A DNA stretch of 64,000 nucleotides from Eledone cirrhosa (taxonomy: Eukaryota): the NCBI GenBank assembly GCA_964016885.1, contig OZ024740.1:2728001-2792000 (forward strand). Direction: 5' to 3'. The notes under the pieces are model-generated. The model was not told the origin of the DNA and did no database searches. It saw nothing but the letters and a program-made list of their open reading frames with translations. Positions 1 through 15,000 of this stretch are shown here, one piece after another; position 1 is the first letter of the stretch; each line of letters starts with the position of its first letter. The translations under genes and the position numbers were made by a program.

Positions 1-3000
1 TAGAATGGTGGAGTTGTTAGAACGTCAAGTAGGATAGTAGACTGGTTAGAACGTCAGATAGAATGGTAGAGTGGTTATAACGTCAGATAGAATGGTAGAG
101 TTGTTAGAACGTCAGATAGAATGGTAGAGATGTTAGAACGTCAGGTAGAATGGTAGAGTTTTTAGAACGTCAGATACGATAGTAGAGTTGTTTCAACGTC
201 AGATAGAGTGGTAGAGTGGTTAGAACGTCAGATAGAATGACAGACCTTAGAACGTCAGATAGAATGGCAGACGTTAAAAGGTCAGATAGAATGGTACAGT
301 GGTTACAACGTCAGATAGAATAGTAGAGTGATTAGAACGTCAGATAGAATGGTAGAGTGGTTAGAACTTCACATAGAATGGTAGAGTTGTTAAAACGTTA
401 GATAGAATGGCAGGCGTTAGAAAGTCATAGGGATTGGTAGAGTGGTTTGAACGTCACGGAGATTAGTGTCAGGTAGAATAGTAGAGTTGTTAGAACGTGA
501 GATAGAATGGTAGTGTAGTTAGAACGTCAGATAGAATGGTAGAGTGTTTATAACGTCAGATAAAATGTTGGAGTTGTTAGAAAGTCAGATAGAATGGCAG
601 ACGTTAGAACGTCAGATAGAATGGTAGAGTTGTTTCAACGTCAGATAGAATGGTATAGTTGTTAGAACGTAAGATAGAATAACAGACGTTAGAACGTCAG
701 TTAGAATGGTAGAGTGGTTAGAACGTCAGATAGAATGGTAGAGTTGTTAGAACGTCAGATAGAATAGTAGAATTGTTAGAACGTCAGGTAGAATGGTAGA
801 GTAGTTAGAACGTCAGATAGAATGGTAGACTTGTTAGAACGTCAGGTAGAATGTTAGAGTTGTTTGAACGTGTGATAGAATGGCAGAGTTGTTAGAACGT
901 CAGATAGAATAGTAGAGTGGTTAGAACGTCAGATATAATGGTAGAGTGGTTAGAACGTCAGATAGAATTTTAGAGTTGTTTCAACGTCAGATAGAATGAC
1001 AGACCTTAGAACGTCAGATAGAATGTGGACGCTAGAACGTCAGATAGAATTGTAGAGTGGTTAGAACGTCAGATAGAATGGGAGAGTGGTTAGAACGTCA
1101 GATAGAATAGTATAGTTATTAGAACGTCAGATAGAATGATGGAGTTGTTAGAAAGTGAGATAGAATAGTAGAGTTGTTAGAACGTCAGATAGTATAGTGA
1201 GTTGTCAGAACGTCAGAGAGAATGGTATAGTTGTTAGAACACCAGATAGAATGTTATAGTGGTTAGAACATCAGATTGAATGGTAGAGTTGTTAGAACGT
1301 CAGATAGAAGTGTTGAGTGGTTAGAATGTCAGATAGAATGGTGGAGATGTTAGAACGTCAAGTAGAATAGTAGACTGGTTAGAACGTCAGATAGAATGGT
1401 AGAGTGGTTAGAACGTCAGATAGAATGGTAGAGTGGTTAGAACGTCAGATAGAATGGTAGAGATGTTAGAACGTCAGGTAGAATGGTAGAGTTTTTAGAA
1501 CGTCAGATAGAATGGTAGAGTGGTTAGAACATCAGATAGAATGGTAGAGTTGTTAGAATGTAAGATAGAATGGTAGAGATGTTAGAACGTCAGTTAGAAT
1601 GGTAGAGTTTTTAGAACGTCAGATAGGATAGTAGAGTGGTTAGAACGTCAGATAGAATGGTAGAGTTGTTTCAACGTCAGTTAGAATGACAGACCTTAGA
1701 ACGTCAGATAGAATGGCAGACGTTAAAAGGTCACATAGAATTGTACAGTGGATACAACGTCAGATAGAATAGTAGAGTGGTTAGAACGTCAGATAGAATG
1801 GTAGAGTTGTTAGAACGTCAGATAGAATAGTAGAATTGTTAGAACGTCAGATAGAATGGTAGAGTAGTTAGAACGTCAGATAGAATGGTAGACTTGTTAG
1901 AACGTCAGGTAGAATGTTAGAGTTGTTTGAACGTGTGATAGAATGGCAGAGTTGTTAGAACGTCAGATAGAATGGTAGAGTGGTTAGAACGTCAAGTAGA
2001 ATAGTAGAGTGGTTAGAACGTCAGATAGAATGGTAGAGTGGTTAGAACGTCAGATAGAATTTTAGAGTTGTTTCAACGTCAGATAGAATGACAGACCTTA
2101 GAACGTCAGATAGAATGTGGACGTTAGAACGTCAGATAGACTTGTAGAGTGGTTAGAACGTCAGATAGAATGGGAGAGTGGTTAGAACGTGAGATAGAAT
2201 AGTATAGTTATTAGAACGTCAGATAGAATGATGGAGTTGTTAGAAAGTGAGATAGAATAGTAGAGTTGTTAGAACGTCAGATAGTATGGTGAGTTGTCAG
2301 AACGTCAGAGAGAATGGTATAGTTGTTAGAACACCAGATAGAATGTTATAGTGGTTAGAACATCAGATTGAATGGTAGAGTTGTTAGAACGTCAGATAGA
2401 AGTGTTGAGTGGTTAGAATGTCAGATAGAATGGTGGAGATGTTAGAACGTCAAGTAGAATAGTAGACTGGTTAGAACGTCAGATAGAATGGTAGAGTGGT
2501 TAGAACGTCAGATAGAATGGTAGAGTGGTTAGAACGTCAGATAGAATGGTAGAGATGTTAGAACGTCAGGTAGAATGGTAGAGATTTTAGAACGTCAGAT
2601 AGAATGGTAGAGTGGTTAGAACATCAGATAGAATGGTAGAGTTGTTAGAATGTAAGATAGAATGGTAGAGATGTTAGAACGTCAGGTAGAATGGTAGAGT
2701 TTTTAGAACGTCAGATAGGATAGTAGAGTGGTTAGAACGTCAGATAGAATGGTATAGTGGTTAGAACGTCAGATAGAATGGTAGAGATGTTAGAACGTCA
2801 GGTAGAATGGTAGAGTTTTTAGAACGTCAGATAGAATGGTAGAGTGGTTAGAACATCAAATAGAATGGTAGAGTTGTTAGAATGTAAGATAGACTGGTAG
2901 AGATGTTAGAACGTCAGGTAGAATGGTAGAGTTTTTAGAACGTCAGGTAGGATAGTAGAGTGGTTAAAACGTCAGATAGAATGGTAGAGTTGTTTCAACG

Positions 3001-6000
3001 TCAGATAGAATGACAGACCTTAGAACGTCAGATAGAATGGCAGACGTTAAAAGGTCAGATAGAATTGTACAGTGGATACAACGTCAGATAGAATAGTAGA
3101 GTGGTTAGAACGTCAGATAGAATGGTAGAGTGGTTAGAACGTCTCATAGAAGGTTAGAGATGTTAGAACGTCAGATAGAATGGTATAGTTGTTAGAACGT
3201 CAGATAGAATGGTAGAGTGGTTAGAACGTTAGATAGAATGGTAGACATATTAGAACGTCAGGTAGAATGGTGGAGTTGTTAGAACGTCAAGTAGGATAGT
3301 AGACTGGTTAGAACGTCAGATAGAATGGTAGAGTGGTTAGAACGTCAGATAGAATGGTAGAGTTGTTAGAACGTCAGATAGAATGGTAGAGATGTTAGAA
3401 CGTCAGGTAGAATGGTAGAGTTTTTAGAACGTCAGATAGAATGGTAGAGTGGTTAGAACATCAGATAGAATGGTAGAGTTGTTAGAATGTAAGATAGACT
3501 GGTAGGGATGTTAGAACGTCAGGTAGAATGGTAGAGTTTTTAGAACGTCAGATACGATAGTAGAGTTGTTTCAACGTCAGATAGAGTGGTAGAGTGGTTA
3601 GAACGTCAGATAGAATGACAGACCTTAGAACGTCAGATAGAATGGCAGACGTTAAAAGGTCAGATGGTTCAGTGGTTACAACGTCAGATAGAATAGTAGA
3701 GTGGTTAGAACGTCAGATAGAATGGTAGAGTGGTTAGAACTTCACATAGAATGGTAGAGTTGTTAAAACGTTAGATAGAATGGCAGGCGTTAGAACGTCA
3801 TAGGGATTGGTAGAGTGGTTTGAACGTCACGGAGAATAGTGTCAGGTAGAATAGTAGAGTTGTTAGAACGTGAGATAGAATGGTAGAGTAGTTAGAACGT
3901 CAGATAGAATGGTAGAGTGTTTATAACGTCAGATAAAATGTTAGAGTTGTTAGAAAGTCAGATAGAATGGCAGACGTTAGAACGTCAGATAGAATGGTAG
4001 AGTTGTTTCAACGTCAGATAGAATGGTATAGTTGTTAGAACATAAGATAGAATAACAGACGTTAGAACGTCAGTTAGAACGGTAGAGTGGTTAGAACGTC
4101 AGATAGAATGGTAGAGTTGTTAGAACGCCAGATAGAATGTTATAGTGGTTAGAACATCAGATAGAATGGTAGAGTTGTTAGAACGTCAGATAGAAGTGTT
4201 GAGTGGTTAGAATGTCAGATAGAATGGTGGAGTTGTTAGAACGTCAAGTAGAATAGTAGACTGGTTAGAACGTCAGATAGAATGGTAGAGTTGTTAGAAC
4301 GTCAGATAGAATGGTAAAGATGTTAGAAGGTCAGATAGAATGGTGGAGTTGTTAGAACGTCAAGTAGAATAGTAGACTGGTTAGAACGTCAGATAGAATG
4401 GTAGAGTTGTTAGAACGTTATATAGAATGGTAGAGTAACTAGAACGTCAAATAAAATGACGGACGTTAGAAGGTCAGATAATATGACAGACGTTAGAACG
4501 TCAGAGAGAATGGTAGAGTGGTGTGAACGTCAGGTAGAATAGTAGAGTGGTTATAACGTCAGGTAGAATAGTAGAGTTGTTAGAACGTCCGATAGAATGG
4601 CAGACGTCAGAATGTCAGATAGAATGGTAGAGTGGTTAGAACGGCAGATAGAATGGTAGAGTTGTTTCAACGTCAGATAGAATGGTAGAGTGTTTAGAAC
4701 GTCAGTTAGAATAGTAGAGTGGTTAGATCGTAAGATATAATGTTAGAGTCGTTAGAACGCCAGAGAGAATAGCAGAGTGTTTAGAACGTCAGATCGAAAG
4801 GTAGAGATGTTAGAACGTCAGATAGAATGGTATAGTTGTTAGAACGTCAGATAGAATGGTAGAATTGTTAGAACGTTAGATAGAATTGTAGAGATGTTAG
4901 AACGTCAGATAGAATGCTGGAGTTGTTAGAACGTCAAGTAGGATAGTAGACTGGTTAGAACGTCAGCTAGAATGGTAGAGTGGTTAGAACGTCAGATAGA
5001 ATGGTAGAGATGTTAGAACGTCAGGTAGAATGGTAGAGTTTTTAGAACGTCAGATAGAATGGTAGAGTGGTTAGAACATCAGATAGAATTGTAGAGTTGT
5101 TAGAATTTAAGATAGACTGGTAGAGATGTTAGAACGTCAGGTAGAATGGTAGAGTTTTTAGAACGTCAGATAGGATAGTAGAGTGGTTAGAACATCAGAT
5201 AGAATGGTAGAGTTCTTTCAACGTCAGATAGAATGACAGACCTTAGAACGTCAGATAGAATGGCAGACGTTAAAAGGTCAGATATAATTGTACAGTGGAT
5301 ACAACGTCAGATAGAATAGTAGAGTGGTTAGAACGTCAGATAGAATGGTAGAGATGTTAGAACGTCAGGTAGAATGGTAGAGTTTTTAGAACGTCAGATA
5401 GAATGGTAGAGTGGTTAGAACATCAGATAGAATGGTAGAGTTGTTAGAATGTAAGATATACTGGTAGAGATGTTAGAACGTCAGGTAGAATGGTAGAGTT
5501 TTTAGAACGTCAGATAGGATAGTAGAGTGGTTAGAACGTCAGATAGAATGGTAGAGTTGTTTCAACGTCAGATAGAATGACAGACCTTAGAACGTCAGAT
5601 AGAATGGCAGACGTTAAAAGGTCAGATAGAATTGTACAGTGGATACAACGTCAGATAGAATAGTAGAGTGGTTAGAACGTCAGATAGAATGGTATAGTGG
5701 TTAGAACGTCAGATAGAATGGTAGAGATGTTAGAACGTCAGGTAGAATGGTAGAGTTTTTAGAACGTCAGATAGAATGGTAGAGTGGTTAGAACATCAAA
5801 TAGAATGGTAGAGTTGTTAGAATGTAAGATAGACTGGTAGAGATGTTAGAACGTCAGGTAGAATGGTAGAGTTTTTAGAACGTCAGGTAGGATAGTAGAG
5901 TGGTTAAAACGTCAGATAGAATGGTAGAGTTGTTTCAACGTCAGATAGAATGACAGACCTTAGAACGTCAGATAGAATGGCAGACGTTAAAAGGTCAGAT

Positions 6001-9000
6001 AGAATTGTACAGTGGATACAACGTCAGATAGAATAGTAGAGTGGTTAGAACGTCAGATAGAATGGTAGAGTGGTTAGAACGTCTCATAGAAGGTTAGAGA
6101 TGTTAGAACGTCAGATAGAATGGTATAGTTGTTAGAACGTCAGATAGAATGGTAGAGTTGTTAGAACGTTAGATAGAATGGTAGACATATTAGAACGTCA
6201 GGTAGAATGGTGGAGTTGTTAGAACGTCAAGTAGGATAGTAGACTGGTTAGAACGTCAGATAGAATGGTAGAGTGGTTAGAACGTCAGATAGAATGGTAG
6301 AGTTGTTAGAACGTCAGATAGAATGGTAGAGATGTTAGAACGCCAGGTAGAATGGTAGAGTTTTTAGAACGTCAGATAGAATGGTAGAGTGGTTAGAACA
6401 TCAGATAGAATGGTAGAGTTGTTAGAATGTAAGATAGACTGGTAGGGATGTTAGAACGTCAGGTAGAATGGTAGAGTTTTTAGAACGTCAGATACGATAG
6501 TAGAGTTGTTTCAACGTCAGATAGAGTGGTAGAGTGGTTAGAACGTCAGATAGAATGACAGACCTTAGAACGTCAGATAGAATGGCAGACGTTAAAAGGT
6601 CAGATGGTTCAGTGGTTACAACGTCAAATAGAATAGTAGAGTGGTTAGAACGTCAGATAGAATGGTAGAGTGGTTAGAACTTCACATAGAATGGTAGAGT
6701 TGTTAAAACGTTAGATAGAATGGCAGGCGTTAGAACGTCATAGGGATTGGTAGAGTGGTTTGAACGTCACGGAGAATAGTGTCAGGTAGAATAGTAGAGT
6801 TGTTAGAACGTGAGATAGAATGGTAGAGTAGTTAGAACGTCAGATAGAATGGTAGAGTGTTTATAACGTCAGATAAAATGTTAGAGTTGTTAGAAAGTCA
6901 GATAGAATGGCAGACGTTAGAACGTCAGATAGAATGGTAGAGTTGTTTCAACGTCAGATAGAATGGTATAGTTGTTAGAACATAAGATAGAATAACAGAC
7001 GTTAGAACGTCAGTTAGAACGGTAGAGTGGTTAGAACGTCAGATAGAATGGTAGAGTTGTTAGAACGCCAGATAGAATGTTATAGTGGTTAGAACATCAG
7101 ATAGAATGGTAGAGTTGTTAGAACGTCAGATAGAAGTGTTGAGTGGTTAGAATGTCAGATAGAATGGTGGAGTTGTTAGAACGTCAAGTAGAATAGTAGA
7201 CTGGTTAGAACGTCAGATAGAATGGTAGAGTTGTTAGAACGTCAGATAGAATGGTAAAGATGTTAGAAGGTCAGATAGAATGGTGGAGTTGTTAGAACGT
7301 CAAGTAGAATAGTAGACTGGTTAGAACGTCAGATAGAATGGTAGAGTTGTTAGAACGTTATATAGAATGGTAGAGTAACTAGAACGTCAAATAAAATGAC
7401 GGACGTTAGAAGGTCAGATAATATGACAGACGTTAGAACGTCAGAGAGAATGGTAGAGTGGTGTGAACGTCAGGTAGAATAGTAGAGTGGTTATAACGTC
7501 AGGTAGAATAGTAGAGTTGTTAGAACGTCCGATAGAATGGCAGACGTCAGAATGTCAGATAGAATGGTAGAGTGGTTAGAACGGCAGATAGAATGGTAGA
7601 GTTGTTTCAACGTCAGATAGAATGGTAGAGTGTTTAGAACGTCAGTTAGAATAGTAGAGTGGTTAGATCGTAAGATATAATGTTAGAGTCGTTAGAACGC
7701 CAGAGAGAATAGCAGAGTGTTTAGAACGTCAGATCGAAAGGTAGAGATGTTACAACGTCAGATAGAATGGTATAGTTGTTAGAACGTCAGATAGAATGGT
7801 AGAATTGTTAGAACGTTAGATAGAATTGTAGAGATGTTAGAACGTCAGATAGAATGCTGGAGTTGTTAGAACGTCAAGTAGGATAGTAGACTGGTTAGAA
7901 CGTCAGCTAGAATGGTAGAGTGGTTAGAACGTCAGATAGAATGGTAGAGATGTTAGAACGTCAGGTAGAATGGTAGAGTTTTTAGAACGTCAGATAGAAT
8001 GGTAGAGTGGTTAGAACATCAGATAGAATTGTAGAGTTGTTAGAATTTAAGATAGACTGGTAGAGATGTTAGAACGTCAGGTAGAATGGTAGAGTTTTTA
8101 GAACGTCAGATAGGATAGTAGAGTGGTTAGAACGTCAGATAGAATGGTAGAGTTCTTTCAACGTCAGATAGAATGACAGACCTTAGAACGTCAGATAGAA
8201 TGGCAGACGTTAAAAGGTCAGATATAATTGTACAGTGGATACAACGTCAGATAGAATAGTAGAGTGGTTAGAACGTCAGATAGAATGGTAGAGATGTTAG
8301 AACGTCAGGTAGAATGGTAGAGTTTTTAGAACGTCAGATAGAATGGTAGAGTGGTTAGAACATCAGATAGAATGGTAGAGTTGTTAGAATGTAAGATATA
8401 CTGGTAGAGATGTTAGAACGTCAGGTAGAATGGTAGAGTTTTTAGAACGTCAGATAGGATAGTAGAGTGGTTAGAACGTCAGATAGAATGGTAGAGTTGT
8501 TTCAACGTCAGATAGAATGACAGACCTTAGAACGTCAGATAGAATGGCAGACGTTAAAAGGTCAGATAGAATTGTACAGTGGATACAACGTCAGATAGAA
8601 TAGTAGAGTGGTTAGAACGTCAGATAGAATGGTATAGTGGTTAGAACGTCAGATAGAATGGTAGAGATGTTAGAACGTCAGGTAGAATGGTAGAGTTTTT
8701 AGAACGTCAGATAGAATGGTAGAGTGGTTAGAACATCAAATAGAATGGTAGAGTTGTTAGAATGTAAGATAGACTGGTAGAGATGTTAGAACGTCAGGTA
8801 GAATGGTAGAGTTTTTAGAACGTCAGGTAGGATAGTAGAGTGGTTAAAACGTCAGATAGAATGGTAGAGTTGTTTCAACGTCAGATAGAATGACAGACAT
8901 TAGAACGTCAGATAGAATGGCAGACGTTAAAAGGTCAGATAGAATTGTACAGTGCATACAACGTCAGATAGAATAGTAGAGTGGTTAGAACGTCAGATAG

Positions 9001-12000
9001 AATGGTAGAGTGGTTAGAACGTCTCATAGAAGGTTAGAGATGTTAGAACGTCAGATAGAATGGTATAGTTGTTAGAACGTCAGATAGAATGGTAGAGTTG
9101 TTAGAACGTTAGATAGAATGGTAGACATATTAGAACGTCAGGTAGAATGGTGGAGTTGTTAGAACGTCAAGTAGGATAGTAGACTGGTTAGAACGTCAGA
9201 TAGAATGGTAGAGTGGTTAGAACGTCAGATAGAATGGTAGAGTTGTTAGAACGTCAGATAGAATGGTAGAGATGTTAGAACGTCAGGTAGAATGGTAGAG
9301 TTTTTAGAACGTCAGATAGAATGGTAGAGTGGTTAGAACATCAGATAGAATGGTAGAGTTGTTAGAATGTAAGATAGACTGGTAGGGATGTTAGAACGTC
9401 AGGTAGAATGGTAGAGTTTTTAGAACGTCAGATACGATAGTAGAGTTGTTTCAACGTCAGATAGAGTGGTAGAGTGGTTAGAACGTCAGATAGAATGACA
9501 GACCTTAGAACGTCAGATAGAATGGCAGACGTTAAAAGGTCAGATGGTTCAGTGGTTACAACGTCAGATAGAATAGTAGAGTGGTTAGAACGTCAGATAG
9601 AATGGTAGAGTGGTTAGAACTTCACATAGAATGGTAGAGTTGTTAAAACGTTAGATAGAATGGCAGGCGTTAGAACGTCATAGGGATTGGTAGAGTGGTT
9701 TGAACGTCACGGAGAATAGTGTCAGGTAGAATAGTAGAGTTGTTAGAACGTGAGATAGAATGGTAGAGTAGTTAGAACGTCAGATAGAATGGTAGAGTGT
9801 TTATAACGTCAGATAAAATGTTAGAGTTGTTAGAAAGTCAGATAGAATGGCAGACGTTAGAACGTCAGATAGAATGGTAGAGTTGTTTCAACGTCAGATA
9901 GAATGGTATAGTTGTTAGAACATAAGATAGAATAACAGACGTTAGAACGTCAGTTAGAACGGTAGAGTGGTTAGAACGTCAGATAGAATGGTAGAGTTGT
10001 TAGAACGCCAGATAGAATGTTATAGTGGTTAGAACATCAGATAGAATGGTAGATTTGTTAGAACGTCAGATAGAAGTGTTGAGTGGTTAGAATGTCAGAT
10101 AGAATGGTGGAGTTGTTAGAACGTCAAGTAGAATAGTAGACTGGTTAGAACGTCAGATAGAATGGTAGAGTTGTTAGAACGTCAGATAGAATGGTAAAGA
10201 TGTTAGAACGTCAGATAGAATGGTGGAGTTGTTAGAACGTCAAGTAGAATAGTAGACTGGTTAGAACGTCAGATAGAATGGTAGAGTTGTTAGAACGTTA
10301 TATAGAATGGTAGAGTAACTAGAACGTCAAATAAAATGACAGACGTTAGAAGGTCAGATAATATGACAGACGTTAGAACGTCAGAGAGAATGGTAGAGTG
10401 GTGTGAACGTCAGGTAGAATAGTAGAGTGGTTATAACGTCAGGTAGAATAGTAGAGTTGTTAGAACGTCCGATAGAATGGCAGACGTCAGAATGTCAGAT
10501 AGAATGGTAGAGTGGTTAGAACGGCAGATAGAATGGTAGAGTTGTTTCAACGTCAGATAGAATGGTAGAGTGTTTAGAACGTCAGTTAGAATAGTAGAGT
10601 GGTTAGATCGTAAGATATAATGTTAGAGTCGTTAGAACGCCAGAGAGAATAGCAGAGTGTTTAGAACGTCAGATCGAAAGGTAGAGATGTTAGAACGTCA
10701 GATAGAATGGTATAGTTGTTAGAACGTCAGATAGAATGGTAGAATTGTTAGAACGTTAGATAGAATTGTAGAGATGTTAGAACGTCAGATAGAATGCTGG
10801 AGTTGTTAGAACGTCAAGTAGGATAGTAGACTGGTTAGAACGTCAGCTAGAATGGTAGAGTGGTTAGAACGTCAGATAGAATGGTAGAGATGTTAGAACG
10901 TCAGGTAGAATGGTAGAGTTTTTAGAACGTCAGATAGAATGGTAGAGTGGTTAGAACATCAGATAGAATTGTAGAGTTGTTAGAATTTAAGATAGACTGG
11001 TAGAGATGTTAGAACGTCAGGTAGAATGGTAGAGTTTTTAGAACGTCAGATAGGATAGTAGAGTGGTTAGAACGTCAGATAGAATGGTAGAGTTCTTTCA
11101 ACGTCAGATAGAATGACAGACCTTAGAACGTCAGATAGAATGGCAGACGTTAAAAGGTCAGATATAATTGTACAGTGGATACAACGTCAGATAGAATAGT
11201 AGAGTGGTTAGAACGTCAGATAGAATGGTAGAGATGTTAGAACGTCAGGTAGAATGGTAGAGTTTTTAGAACGTCAGATAGAATGGTAGAGTGGTTAGAA
11301 CATCAGATAGAATGGTAGAGTTGTTAGAATGTAAGATATACTGGTAGAGATGTTAGAACGTCAGGTAGAATGGTAGAGTTTTTAGAACGTCAGATAGGAT
11401 AGTAGAGTGGTTAGAACGTCAGATAGAATGGTAGAGTTTTTTCAACGTCAGATAGAATGACAGACCTTAGAACGTCAGATAGAATGGCAGGCGTTAAAAG
11501 TTCAGATAGAATTGTACAGTGGATACAACGTCAGATAGAATAGTAGAGTGGTTAGAACGTCAGATAGAATGGTAGAGTTGTTAGAACGTCAGATAGAATA
11601 GTAGAATTGTTAGAACGTCAGATAGAATGGTAGAGTAGTTAGAACGTCAGATAGAATGGTAGACTTGTTAGAACGTCAGGTAGAATGTTAGAGTTGTTTG
11701 AACGTGTGATAGAATGGCAGAGTTGTTAGAACGTCAGATAGAATGGTAGAGTGGTTAGAACGTCAAGTAGAATAGTAGAGTGGTTAGAACGTCAGATAGA
11801 ATGGTAGAGTGGTTAGAACGTCAGATAGAATTTTAGAGTTGTTTCAACGTCAGATAGAATGACAGACCTTAGAACGTCAGATAGAATGTGGACGTTAGAA
11901 CGTCAGATAGAATTGTAGAGTGGTTAGAACGTCAGATAGAATGGGAGAGTGGTTAGAACGTGAGATAGAATAGTATAGTTATTAGAACGTCAGATAGAAT

Positions 12001-15000
12001 GATGGAGTTGTTAGAAAGTGAGATAGAATAGTAGAGTTGTTAGAACGTCAGATAGTATGGTGAGTTGTCAGAACGTCAGAGAGAATGGTATAGTTGTTAG
12101 AACACCAGATAGAATGTTATAGTGGTTAGAACATCAGATTGAATGGTAGAGTTGTTAGAACGTCAGATAGAAGTGTTGAGTGGTTAGAATGTCAGATAGA
12201 ATGGTGGAGATGTTAGAACGTCAAGTAGAATAGTAGACTGGTTAGAACGTCAGATAGAATGGTAGAGTGGTTAGAACGTCAGATAGAATGGTAGAGTGGT
12301 TAGAACGTCAGATAGAATGGTAGAGATGTTAGAACGTCAGGTAGAATGGTAGAGTTTTTAGAACGTCAGATAGAATGGTAGAGTGGTTAGAACATCAGAT
12401 AGAATGGTAGAGTTGTTAGAATGTAAGATAGAATGGTAGAGATGTTAGAACGTCAGGTAGAATGGTAGAGTTTTTAGAACGTCAGATAGGATACTAGAGT
12501 GGTTAGAACGTCAGATAGAATGGTAGAGTTGTTTCAACGTCAGTTAGAATGACAGACCTTAGAACGTCAGATAGAATGGCAGACGTTAAAAGGTCAGATA
12601 GAATTGTACAGTGGATACAACGTCAGATAGAATAGTAGAGTGGTTAGAACGTCAGATAGAATGGTATAGTGGTTAGAACGTCAGATAGAATGGTAGAGAT
12701 GTTAGAACGTCAGGTAGAATGGTAGAGTTTTTAGAACGTCAGATAGAATGGTAGAGTGGTTAGAACATCAAATAGAATGGTAGAGTTGTTAGAATGTAAG
12801 ATAGACTGGTAGAGATGTTAGAACGTCAGGTAGAATGGTAGAGTTTTTAGAACGTCAGGTAGGATAGTAGAGTGGTTAAAACGTCAGATAGAATGGTAGA
12901 GTTGTTTCAACGTCAGATAGAATGACAGACCTTAGAACGTCAGATAGAATGGCAGACGTTAAAAGGTCAGATAGAATTGTACAGTGGATACAACGTCAGA
13001 TAGAATAGTAGAGTGGTTAGAACGTCAGATAGAATGGTAGAGTGGTTAGAACGTCTCATAGAAGGTTAGAGATGTTAGAACGTCAGATAGAATGGTATAG
13101 TTGTTAGAACGTCAGATAGAATGGTAGAGTTGTTAGAACGTTAGATAGAATGGTAGACATATTAGAACGTCAGGTAGAATGGTGGAGTTGTTAGAACGTC
13201 AAGTAGGATAGTAGACTGGTTAGAACGTCAGATAGAATGGTAGAGTTGTTAGAATGTAAGATATACTGGTAGAGATGTTAGAACGTCAGGTAAAATGGTA
13301 GAGTTTTTAGAACGTCAGATAGGATAGTAGAGTGGTTAGAACGTCAGATAGAATGGTAGAGTTTTTTCAACGTCAGATAGAATGACAGACCTTAGAACGT
13401 CAGATAGAATGGCAGGCGTTAAAAGTTCAGATAGAATTGTACAGTGGATACAACGTCAGATAGAATAGTAGAGTGGTTAGAACGTCAGATAGAATGGTAG
13501 AGTGGTTAGAACGTTTCATAGAAGGTTAGAGATGTTAGAACGTCAGATAGAATGGTATAGTTGTTAGAACGTCAGATAGAATGGTAGAGTTGTTAGAACG
13601 TTAGATAAAATGGTAGAGATGTTAGAACGTCAGATAGAATGGTAGAGTGGTTAGAACTTCACATAGAATGGTAGAGTTGTTAAAACGTTAGATAGAATGG
13701 CAGGCGTTAGAACGTCATAGGGATTGGTAGAGTGGTTTGAACGTCACGGAGAATAGTGTCAGGTAGAATAGTAGAGTTGTTAGAACGTGAGATAGAATGG
13801 TAGAGTAGTTAGAACGTCAGATAGAATGGTAGAGTGTTTATAACGTCAGATAAAATGTTAGAGTTGTTAGAAAGTCAGATAGAATGGCAGACGTTAGAAC
13901 GTCAGATAGAATGGTAGAGTTGTTTCAACGTCAGATAGAATGGTATAGTTGTTAGAACATAAGATAGAATAACAGACGTTAGAACGTCAGTTAGAACGGT
14001 AGAGTGGTTAGAACGTCAGATAGAATGGTAGAGTTGTTAGAACGTCAGATAGAATAGTAGAATTGTTAGAACGCCAGAGAGAATGGTATAGTTGTTAGAA
14101 CGCCAGATAGAATGTTATAGTGGTTAGAACATCAGATAGAATGGTAGAGTTGTTAGAACGTCAGATAGAAGTGTTGAGTGGTTAGAATGTCAGATAGAAT
14201 GGTGGAGTTGTTAGAACGTCAGATAGAATGGTAAAGATCTTAGAACGTCAGATAGAATGGTGGAGTTGTTAGAACGTCAAGTAGAATAGTAGACTGGTTA
14301 GAACGTCAGATAGAATGGTAGAGTTGTTAGAACGTCAGATAGAATGGTAAAGATCTTAGAACGTCAGATAGAATGGTGGAGTTGTTAGAACGTCAAGTAG
14401 AATAGTAGACTGGTTAGAACGTCAGATAGAATGGTAGAGTTGTTAGAACGTTATATAGAATGGTAGAGTAACTAGAACGTCAAATAAAATGACAGACATT
14501 AGAAGGTCAGATAATATGACAGACGTTAGAACGTCAGAGAGAATGGTAGAGTGGTGTGAACGTCAGGTAGAATAGTAGAGTGGTTATAACGTCAGGTAGA
14601 ATAGTAGAGTTGTTAGAACGTCCGATAGAATGGCAGACGTCAGAATGTCAGATAGAATGGTAGAGTGGTTAGAACGGCAGATAGAATGGTAGAGTTGTTT
14701 CAACGTCAGATAGAATGGTAGAGTGTTTAGAACGTCAGTTAGAATAGTAGAGTGGTTAGATCGTAAGATATAATGTTAGAGTCGTTAGAACGCCAGAGAG
14801 AATAGCAGAGTGTTTAGAACGTCAGATCGAAAGGTAGAGATGTTAGAACGTCAGATAGAATGGTATAGTTGTTAGAACGTCAGATAGAATGGTAGAATTG
14901 TTAGAACGTTAGATAGAATTGTAGAGATGTTAGAACGTCAGATAGAATGCTGGAGTTGTTAGAATGTCAAGTAGGATAGTAGACTGGTTAGAACGTCAGC